Made by a program: the position numbers and the translations under genes. A stretch of DNA of 64,000 nt from assembly GCA_045580715.1 (NCBI GenBank), contig JAZNOH010000085.1:33585-97584 (forward strand). Reading direction: 5' to 3'. The notes under the pieces were generated by a model that was not told where the DNA came from, did not search any database, and saw nothing but the letters and a program-made list of their open reading frames with translations. Below, one piece after another: positions 10,488 through 18,398 of this stretch (position 1 is the stretch's first letter; the number at the start of each line of letters is the position of its first letter). The DNA comes from Clostridia bacterium (GTDB taxonomy: Bacteria; Bacillota; Clostridia; UBA1381).

Positions 10488-11330
10488 ATGGCTAATAAAG
10501 CAAAGCATGCCTTTGGTATGTTGGAAAACATTGATACCGCTCTGTCTAATGGCGCTATTGATAGTTATGATATTTTATTCGTCAAGGATACCAATGGCAA
10601 GCCTTATGTGGGCTGGATTGACAAAGATGGCAACAAAGTAATTTGCGACGACTCTGCTGAGTTTGCTGAACTTGAAACCGTAATTGCTACTAAGGTTGAT
10701 GCCGACGAAGTGGAGGCAAAATACGAAGAAATCAAGTATGAGATTGCCGATGTTCCTGTTGGCACTCTCGTTAATGTGAATGAGCGAGAAATTAGAATTA
10801 TGGCTCCTGCTGACACAGTTTGGACAAAACAGACTGTTGGCGAAGGCGGTGACGCTAACTGCTATTATGCAACCTTCAAAACTTATTGTCCTAGTGACAA
10901 TGTTGTTGGTTACATAGAGCATTTGGGCGACCAAGTTGATAGTGAAATTCTCACTGATTTAAAGACTGACAAGTATGGTCGCAAATATCAGCCTACTTGG
11001 TTGGCACTTGCGAAATACGATGAGTCTACTAACGCTTGGACTTATTACGGCGCTAATTCCAATGCCGATAAATTTATAGGCTGGAATTATCGAATTGACT
11101 GGTACGATGCCGACAACAAGATGATTGCATCTGACAGCATTAGAATTAATTTGTCTAACGAAGATTGTCACTCTTCTATTAAACCTTATTATGGGGTTTC
11201 GGAAACAGAAGAAGTTGACGCAAAAATTGACGAGGCTGTTGAAACCGCAAATGCGTATACAGATGCACAAATCGAGGCTAAACTGGCTGAGATTGCAGAA
11301 GCAGCCTCTTATGAGATTGTTGAATTCTAA
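10488..11330 (+). CDS. tail fibre-associated protein
   Basis: 280-aa ORF with RBS AAAGGAGGAAAAGGAG. MANKAKHAFG N-terminus resembles the other fibre N-termini. Ends EIVEF. Confidence 0.65.
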   Translation: MANKAKHAFGMLENIDTALSNGAIDSYDILFVKDTNGKPYVGWIDKDGNKVICDDSAEFAELETVIATKVDADEVEAKYEEIKYEIADVPVGTLVNVNEREIRIMAPADTVWTKQTVGEGGDANCYYATFKTYCPSDNVVGYIEHLGDQVDSEILTDLKTDKYGRKYQPTWLALAKYDESTNAWTYYGANSNADKFIGWNYRIDWYDADNKMIASDSIRINLSNEDCHSSIKPYYGVSETEEVDAKIDEAVETANAYTDAQIEAKLAEIAEAASYEIVEF

Positions 11331-11355
11331 AGTCCTATGATGGAGGTATGATGAT

Positions 11356-11826
11356 ATGGCGGATACAACTGCTACAAAAAGCATTCTGTCCTTGATTGCC
11401 ACCTCCTCTTCTAAAATAAAAGACTTGGTTATTAAAAATGGTCAATTGATTTTTATACAGGACTTAGGTCGCATTGCTTTTGACTTTAATAACAAAAGAG
11501 TTTTTTATAATCAAATTGTAGAATTAGAAACAGATATGGAGAGACAGGAATTAGTCTCTCCGTTAAGCGGATACTATTTTGTCATTGGTACGGGAGTGCT
11601 TTGGTATTATCGAGATGGATGGACACAGATTACGAGCGAGCCAGAGGAAGTAGTATTCATAGGTGTGGAACTTCCAACTCTAGGACAGGCGAATAAATTG
11701 TATGCTAACACCACAAGCGGCAACGAGAACATCTCCGTATGGGATGAGAATTTGGGCGCTTATGTGGTTGTTGCAGATAAGACACAAGAAGTGTCAGATA
11801 ACGACATTTTAAGTTTATTTAATTAA
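11356..11826 (+). CDS. tail fibre-associated protein, function unknown
   Basis: 156-aa ORF with RBS GGAGGT. Ends EVSDNDILSLFN, which resembles the ...EIxALFA tails of the two following fibres. Confidence 0.6.
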   Translation: MADTTATKSILSLIATSSSKIKDLVIKNGQLIFIQDLGRIAFDFNNKRVFYNQIVELETDMERQELVSPLSGYYFVIGTGVLWYYRDGWTQITSEPEEVVFIGVELPTLGQANKLYANTTSGNENISVWDENLGAYVVVADKTQEVSDNDILSLFN

Positions 11827-11934
11827 TTTTTAACTCTTAAAATGAGAGTTTTATTGAAATATTTTATGTTTAATATATGGATGTTGAATTAAATATTATT
11901 TTAAAAATACTTTATTTTAAAGGAGAAATTTATT

Positions 11935-13341
11935 ATGGCGAACACTAAAAAGTATGTTTCTTTAGACAAACTGAGTCTTTATGATGAGAAGATTAAGAAA
12001 GTGATTTCCGATGGCGATGACGCTGCGTTGGTTTCTGCTAAGTCCTATGCTGACGGTCTTGCTGTAAATTATGATGCTGCTGGCGCTGCTGCCACCGCTC
12101 TTTCTGATGCCAAGGCTTATGCCGATGGCAAGGACGCCGCTATTGCTGAGGCTAAGAAGGCTGGTACCGATGCCGCTGCCGCTGCTGCTGTTGCAGACGG
12201 TAAAGCTGTTGCGGCTCAGACCGATGTAGACAACCTTGAGGTTTATGTTGGTGTCATTCCCACAGGTGCTACCGCTACCGATATCGTTGGTTACATTCAG
12301 GAGAAGACCGCTGGTATTGCTACCGAGGGCGCAATGACTGAGCTTGGCAATCGCGTTGGCGCTGTTGAGGGCAAGGTCTCTACTATTGAGGGTGACTACC
12401 TTAAGGGTTCTGATAAGACCGAGCTTGAGGGTAAGATTTCTGCTGTTCAGACTGCGGTTGATACCGAAAAGTCTCGTGCAGAGGGCGTTGAGGCTGGTCT
12501 GAGAACTGATGTTGACGCAATCAAGGACGACTATCTCAAGGCTGCTGACAAGACCGAGCTTCAGGGCAACATTGATACTGTAAGCGCTGCTGTTGAGCGT
12601 CTTACTAACGGCGTTTCCGCTGATGAGGTTGATGGCGTTAACGACCTCATTCAGTATGTAAAAGACCACGGTACTGAAGTAACTGGCATGCAGGAAGACA
12701 TTTCCGAGAATGCTACCGCTATCGCTGGTGTTGCTGGTCGTATGGATACTGCCGAGGGCAAGATTTCCGCTCTTGAAGGCTCTGTCGCTACTAAGGCTGA
12801 GAAGACTTATGTTGATGAGGCTGTAGAGGCTCTTCAGGGTGAGGATACTTCTATCAAGGGTCGTCTTGATAATCTTGAGGCTGCCATTGGCGAGTCTGGT
12901 TCCGTAGCAGATGATATTGCGACTGCAAAACAGGAGGCAATTGACACCGCTGCTGGCGACGCTACAACTAAGGCGAATACTGCTGAATCTAACGCTAAGA
13001 GTTATGCCGATGGTCTTGATGAGGCAATGAACACTCGTGTAGAAGCGCTTGAAGCAATTGACCACGAGCACTCCAACAAGGCAGAGCTTGACCTTATTGC
13101 TTCTGGTGATAAGGCTAAGTGGGATGCTGCCGCTGCCAAGGCTCATGAGCATTCTAACCTTTCCGTTCTTGAGGCTATTACCGCCGCTAAGACTGCCGCT
13201 TGGGATGCTGCTGAGCAGGCTGCAAAGACCTACGCCGACGGTCTGAATTCCGCTATGGACACCAGAGTTAAAACTCTTGAAACTTGGCACAATAACTTTA
13301 CTGAAGTTTCTGAGGAAGAGATTAATGCGCTGTTTGCGTAA
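11935..13341 (+). CDS. Ala-rich coiled-coil tail fibre protein
   Basis: 468 aa with RBS AAAGGAGAAA. N-terminus MANTKKYVSLDKLSLYDEKIKK (shared adaptor motif). Repeated AKSYADG / KTYVDEAV fibre motifs. Ends EEEINALFA. Confidence 0.8.
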   Translation: MANTKKYVSLDKLSLYDEKIKKVISDGDDAALVSAKSYADGLAVNYDAAGAAATALSDAKAYADGKDAAIAEAKKAGTDAAAAAAVADGKAVAAQTDVDNLEVYVGVIPTGATATDIVGYIQEKTAGIATEGAMTELGNRVGAVEGKVSTIEGDYLKGSDKTELEGKISAVQTAVDTEKSRAEGVEAGLRTDVDAIKDDYLKAADKTELQGNIDTVSAAVERLTNGVSADEVDGVNDLIQYVKDHGTEVTGMQEDISENATAIAGVAGRMDTAEGKISALEGSVATKAEKTYVDEAVEALQGEDTSIKGRLDNLEAAIGESGSVADDIATAKQEAIDTAAGDATTKANTAESNAKSYADGLDEAMNTRVEALEAIDHEHSNKAELDLIASGDKAKWDAAAAKAHEHSNLSVLEAITAAKTAAWDAAEQAAKTYADGLNSAMDTRVKTLETWHNNFTEVSEEEINALFA

Positions 13342-13372
13342 GATTAAGATATTAATCTAATTAATAATATTT

Positions 13373-13400
13373 AGAGTAGGGGTTTATTCCCCTACTCTTT
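13373..13400 (+). terminator. hairpin terminator
   Basis: AGAGTAGGGG tttatt CCCCTACTCT followed by TT. 10-bp perfect stem with a short U tract. Confidence 0.65.
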
Positions 13401-13484
13401 AATGATATATAAATTTAAATATATAATTTATGAGGAATTTTCCTCTTATCTTTTTTAATTCTCTAAAAGAAAGGAGAAATCAAT

Positions 13485-15458
13485 ATGGCGATTAAAAAAT
13501 ATTTGTCATTAGACAGATTGACCGAATATGATGCCTTAATCAAAGAAGATTATGAGCAAAAAATTGCCAATGCTGTCAGTGGCAAAGCCAATTCTTCTCA
13601 TACCCACGACGATAGATATTATACTGAAACTGAAATAGACACCAAGCTCGCTGGTAAGTCTGATACTTCTCATACTCATAGCAACTATGTGCCTACTTCT
13701 CGTACAGTAAACGGCAAGGCTTTGACTGCTAATATAACTCTCTCTGCTTCTGATGTTGGTGCTTTGCCTGATACTACCACCATTCCTTCGATTGAAGGAC
13801 TTGCAACTGAAACTTATGTTGATGATGTTGCTTCTACTAAAGTAGATAAAGTTAGCGGAAAAGGCTTATCTACAAATGATTATACGACCACAGAAAAGAA
13901 CAAACTTTCAGGCATTGCTTCTGGTGCGGAAGTAAACCAAAATGCATTTTCTAATGTTATTGTTGGCTCAACTACTATTGCGGCAGATTCTAAGACTGAT
14001 AGTTTGACGATTGCCGCAGGAACAGGAATTTCTGTTTCTGGTGACGCAACCAATGATAAGGTTACTATCACAAACTCAGGTGTTCGTTCTATTGCAACTG
14101 GTTCTACCAATGGTACTATATCAGTCAATACTAATGGAACTTCTGCTGAAGTAGCCGTTAAAGGTCTTGGTTCTGCCGCATATACAGCATCTTCGGCTTA
14201 TGATGCTGCTGGTACCGCACAGACAAAAGCCGATGCAGCATTGGCTTCCGCTAAGTCCTATGCAGACAGTGCCGCTGCAACCGTTAAGAATGATTTGCTT
14301 AATGGTGCTGGAACTGCTTACGACACTCTCAAAGAGCTTGGTGATTTGATTGTGGATAATGCGGACGCAATTGAGGCACTTGAAACAATTGCTTCTGGAA
14401 AAGCTGACGCTTCTCACTCCCACGCTATCGCAGATGTATCTGGTCTGCAGACAGCACTCGACGGTAAAGCCGCTGCTTCTCACGGAACTCATGTAACCTA
14501 TTCTACTACGGCTCCTGTAATGGATGGTACTGCTTCTGTTGGTTCTGCCGCCACTGTCGCTCGTTCTGACCACAAACACCCCACTGATACGAGCAGGGCA
14601 TCTAAAACCGAATTTGACGCTCATACATCTGATACTACTGCACATATCACATCCACTGAGCGCACAAATTGGGGAGCGGCTTATACACACTCTCAAGCTG
14701 CCCACGCCCCTTCCAATGCAGAAAAGAACCAAAATGCATTTAGTAATATTACTGTAGGTTCTACAACAGTAGCCGCTGATACTACAACCGATACAGTTAC
14801 TTTCGTAGGAAGCAATGTAACAATCACTCCCGATGCAACAAATGATAAGATTACTTTTGCTGTTGCGAGTGGTTCGACAAGCACGGCGGGTATTGTAAAG
14901 CTTACAAATAGCACATCGAGCACATCTACAACGACTGCCGCTACGCCGAGCAGTGTTAAATCTGCATATGACTTAGCGAATACGGCAAATACTGCTGCGG
15001 CTAAGGCACAAGCAACTGCTGATGGCAAGGCAAATGCAACTCACACTCATAAAGTATCTGACATTTCTGACCTTACAGCCACTGCAACAGAGCTTAATTA
15101 CATGGATGGCGTTACATCTAATGTCCAAACTCAGTTAGATGGCAAAGCTGCATCTTCTCACTCTCATAGCGATGCCACCACTTCCACCGCTGGCTTTATG
15201 ACGGCTGCGATGGTTAGCAAGTTAAATGGCATTGCAACAGGTGCTAATAAAACTACCGTAGACTCTGCTTTGTCGAGCACTTCTACCAACCCCGTACAGA
15301 ACAAGGTTGTTAATGCGTCCATTACCGATTTAACTTCGGCAGTGTCGGCAAACACCTCTAGTATTTCCTCTCATTCTTCTGCTATTTCTGCACTTCAGAC
15401 AACAGTTGGGGAGATTCAGGAAATTACATCTGCGGAAATTCAGGCTCTCTTTGCCTAA
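13485..15458 (+). CDS. tail fibre protein with HxH repeats
   Basis: 657 aa with RBS AAAGGAGAAA. N-terminus MAIKKYLSLDRLTEYDALIK. Six HxH motifs (SHTH, SHSH, DHKH, THTH). Modules shared with the 873-aa and 1197-aa fibres. Ends SAEIQALFA. Confidence 0.85.
   Translation: MAIKKYLSLDRLTEYDALIKEDYEQKIANAVSGKANSSHTHDDRYYTETEIDTKLAGKSDTSHTHSNYVPTSRTVNGKALTANITLSASDVGALPDTTTIPSIEGLATETYVDDVASTKVDKVSGKGLSTNDYTTTEKNKLSGIASGAEVNQNAFSNVIVGSTTIAADSKTDSLTIAAGTGISVSGDATNDKVTITNSGVRSIATGSTNGTISVNTNGTSAEVAVKGLGSAAYTASSAYDAAGTAQTKADAALASAKSYADSAAATVKNDLLNGAGTAYDTLKELGDLIVDNADAIEALETIASGKADASHSHAIADVSGLQTALDGKAAASHGTHVTYSTTAPVMDGTASVGSAATVARSDHKHPTDTSRASKTEFDAHTSDTTAHITSTERTNWGAAYTHSQAAHAPSNAEKNQNAFSNITVGSTTVAADTTTDTVTFVGSNVTITPDATNDKITFAVASGSTSTAGIVKLTNSTSSTSTTTAATPSSVKSAYDLANTANTAAAKAQATADGKANATHTHKVSDISDLTATATELNYMDGVTSNVQTQLDGKAASSHSHSDATTSTAGFMTAAMVSKLNGIATGANKTTVDSALSSTSTNPVQNKVVNASITDLTSAVSANTSSISSHSSAISALQTTVGEIQEITSAEIQALFA
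14250..14600 (+). repeat. diverged paralogous fibre module (copy 1)
   Basis: Encodes AKSYADSAAATVKNDLLNGAGTAYDTLKELGDL...HGTHVTYSTTAPVMDGTASVG...ARSDHKHPTDTSRA. Nearly colinear with 20382-20732. Confidence 0.8.
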
Positions 15459-15495
15459 ATTTAATCTATTTAACTAATAAATATGTGCAAATAAT

Positions 15496-15527
15496 GAGGA
15501 CTCTTTGATAGAGTCCTCTTTCTTTTT
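15496..15527 (+). terminator. rho-independent terminator
   Basis: GAGGACTCT ttgat AGAGTCCTC followed by TTTCTTTTT. Confidence 0.8.
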
Positions 15528-15640
15528 GATTAACGAAAAATGCTAATTAATAATTATGTATAATGCGCAAATATATGATTTTTAATTATTAAATTTATAT
15601 AAAAATAAAAAATATAAATTTTGAAAGGAGAAATTTCATA

Positions 15641-18262
15641 ATGGCAGATAAAAAGGTATTTACAGATGAAAGTTTGGCTACTTTTGTTGATGAGATAAAG
15701 GCATATACAGACAATGCCGTTTCAGGCAAAGCTGACGAACACACCCACCCATACCTATCTTCTGGCACCAAGTACGCACTTTCAGACAGCGTTGGTGGAA
15801 ATGCGTTAATATCAAATAAAATGTCAGTTATAGGCAGAGTCTCTTCAAGTAATACCATTTTCCAAGCCGCTGCCGCTGCTGCGGTTAGAACTGAAGAAAT
15901 ATGGTTTGGTGGCTCAGATGGAGTTGCAGGTGGTATGCCAGCAGCTTATTGTATTACAGTTATTAAAAAAGGTGATAACCACAGAACCCTTTTAGATTGC
16001 TATCACTTAAATACTGGAAATCATTATATTAATGGTTGCATGGACACTAGGGATACAACTACATATCCATGGACGGGCTGGACTAAGCAGCCTACCGCAT
16101 CCGACCTCTCAACATTGAATGCTACAGTAGCAGGAAAAGCAAATGCTTCTCACACTCACGACGACAGGTATTACACAGAGACAGAAATTGATACCAAACT
16201 TTCAGAAATAAACGCATCTATTTCTGAAAAAGCCAATACTTCGCATACTCATACAGTTGCCAATATTTCTGACTTAACTGCAACTGCCACTGAATTAAAT
16301 TATGTTAGTGGCGTTGACAGCAATATTCAGACGCAGTTAGACGATAAACCCAACACCTCTGACCTTGGTTTTGTAAGAGTGGTATCTTGTTCTTCGAGTG
16401 ATGGAATTGCCTATACAGGAACGACCGATGGTATAACTGCTTTAACTGCGGGATTAACCATAGTCTTTATTCCCAATAAAACAAGCGCAAGCAAATCTCC
16501 TACACTAGATATTAACGGACTTGGTGCGAAGGGCATCAGAAGAAGATTGAGTCACCTTTCAACCACTGCACAATCGGGATACGCAAATACTTGGCTTTTT
16601 GCAAACAAGCCATTTTTGCTTATGTATGATGGAACTCAATGGATAGTTGACGGTTTAACAAAGCCGTCTGCAGTCGATTTATATGGAACGCCCGCTTTGG
16701 CAACCAAAGCGAATCAAGACGGTAATGGAAATGTTATTGTCGATACTTATGCTACAAAAACTGAATTAGAGGCTGTAAGTGATGCACTCGAAAACGAGAC
16801 TCTCCCAGATTATTGGGAAACCTATTTACCCGATAAAATAGCAGCTATTAAGGCTCTACAGGCAGCGGGAGGGAAAAATTGTTTTTCATTTATAGTTATG
16901 TCGGATATTCACTACTCATCAAATCTTGGCAAACGCTCTCCCGCCATAGCCAAAAGAATTATGGATGAATGCGACATTCGTTATGCTCTTGTGCTTGGAG
17001 ACTCGCAAGGTAGCGGTTCGCTTGCGTCCCTAGAGTTCACACAGGAGGAGTGGAATAACATTCACACTATGTTCAAACCTATTGCTGATAGGGCTTTATT
17101 CCAGTGTGGAAACCACGATGGTTCGTGGGGTGCCGCACTTTCCGATGGCACTACTTATCCGTACAATTTTACACCAGAGGAGCTTTATACGCTTGTGCAA
17201 AACAAAACATACGCCCATCATGATGTTGTGACTGATGAAAGTGGTACGGGCTATTATATTGACGATGTACCCCATAAAGTGCGCTATATCTTATTAAACA
17301 CAACTTGTAATGAGTATGTCGAGAATGCTGATGGTAGCGCTAAATATAATAACATGACTCATGCTCGATACACTCAGAGCCAGTACGATATGTTAATTGA
17401 GGCTCTGACAACCGTAAAATCTGGCTGGTCGGTTGTTGTAGCGTCTCATGTGCCTCCCAATGATGCATATGCCGATTATTTTGGTGGCGACACTACTGAG
17501 GGTGACGCTGTTATTATGCGCGGATTATTGAAGGCATATAAGAACAAGACTTCGTACACGGCGAGCTGGGATGGGACGGCTGGCGGTACAAGTTATACAA
17601 ACCTTTTTGACCCTTCTGGGGCGGGTTTTTATAACGACGGGACAAATATTTATTCGAACTGGATTCCTTATACTTCGGGCACTACCTATCATATAAAGGG
17701 GTGGGAAGATAACAATGCATCATGGGCTAACCCTTATAAAATGCATTTCTCCGACACTGCCGACGCTGCTTATAGTGGCGGTACAGGTCTGATGTATTGT
17801 TCCAATGCCAATGTAACGGCTAAAACTACAGCAGACTACGATAGTAGTGTTAGACTTATCAGACATGACACCGATTATTACACATACATTCAATTTTATT
17901 TTGCTTCTCAGACAAATGTTGACAACATAATTATTACGGCTAATGAACCCATCGCAGAAGGCGGCGCAGGTTACGATGCCGTTTCTGTTGATGTTGATTT
18001 CTCTGACGCAAATGGTGACCTTATAAGTTATTTTGCGGGGCATATGCATAAAGACTATCTTTATTCCAATACCGACTACGGCTTTGGCTTTAATATTATT
18101 ACCACTGCTTGTGATGCAGATTTGAATACTAGCGTCGCACATACTGAGGGTACAGTAACCGAACAATCTTTCGATGTTTTTACGGTGAATCGTAAAACGG
18201 GCACTATTTATGCCACTAAGATTGGTGCGGGCGAAGACCGCGAAATTGATATTAACGCTTAA
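15641..18262 (+). CDS. tail fibre protein fused to C-terminal calcineurin-like metallophosphoesterase domain
   Basis: 873 aa with RBS AAAGGAGAAA. Fibre N-terminus MADKKVFTDESLATFVDEIK plus HxH motifs and PTLDINGLGAKGI. All five MPE motifs occur in order: VMSDIHY, LVLGDS, GNHD, SHVPP, GHMHKD. Confidence 0.85.
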   Translation: MADKKVFTDESLATFVDEIKAYTDNAVSGKADEHTHPYLSSGTKYALSDSVGGNALISNKMSVIGRVSSSNTIFQAAAAAAVRTEEIWFGGSDGVAGGMPAAYCITVIKKGDNHRTLLDCYHLNTGNHYINGCMDTRDTTTYPWTGWTKQPTASDLSTLNATVAGKANASHTHDDRYYTETEIDTKLSEINASISEKANTSHTHTVANISDLTATATELNYVSGVDSNIQTQLDDKPNTSDLGFVRVVSCSSSDGIAYTGTTDGITALTAGLTIVFIPNKTSASKSPTLDINGLGAKGIRRRLSHLSTTAQSGYANTWLFANKPFLLMYDGTQWIVDGLTKPSAVDLYGTPALATKANQDGNGNVIVDTYATKTELEAVSDALENETLPDYWETYLPDKIAAIKALQAAGGKNCFSFIVMSDIHYSSNLGKRSPAIAKRIMDECDIRYALVLGDSQGSGSLASLEFTQEEWNNIHTMFKPIADRALFQCGNHDGSWGAALSDGTTYPYNFTPEELYTLVQNKTYAHHDVVTDESGTGYYIDDVPHKVRYILLNTTCNEYVENADGSAKYNNMTHARYTQSQYDMLIEALTTVKSGWSVVVASHVPPNDAYADYFGGDTTEGDAVIMRGLLKAYKNKTSYTASWDGTAGGTSYTNLFDPSGAGFYNDGTNIYSNWIPYTSGTTYHIKGWEDNNASWANPYKMHFSDTADAAYSGGTGLMYCSNANVTAKTTADYDSSVRLIRHDTDYYTYIQFYFASQTNVDNIIITANEPIAEGGAGYDAVSVDVDFSDANGDLISYFAGHMHKDYLYSNTDYGFGFNIITTACDADLNTSVAHTEGTVTEQSFDVFTVNRKTGTIYATKIGAGEDREIDINA

Positions 18263-18316
18263 TAACAAATAAAAGTATACAAGAAAAAATGTATAATAAA
18301 TCTTAATTTAGGTATG

Positions 18317-18353
18317 TAAGCTCGCCTTCTAATTAAAATTGAAAGCGAGCTTA
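18317..18353 (+). terminator. hairpin, probable terminator
   Basis: TAAGCTCGC ... GCGAGCTTA, a 9-bp stem around an AT-rich loop. The downstream U tract is weak. Confidence 0.5.
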
Positions 18354-18398
18354 TTATATAAATATTTTATTTTTAAAAGAAACAAGGAGGAATAAATT

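Noticed and set aside
11962-13290. 442-aa ORF on the minus strand, fully inside the Ala-rich fibre gene. Similar long antisense ORFs occur at 14121-14732, 17720-18268, 18660-19247 and 20192-20599.
   Set aside because: These are antisense shadows of GCN/GAN-rich coding sequence. They have low-complexity Ser/Leu/Asn-rich translations and no RBS, and the sense-strand genes have clear fibre motifs and RBSs.
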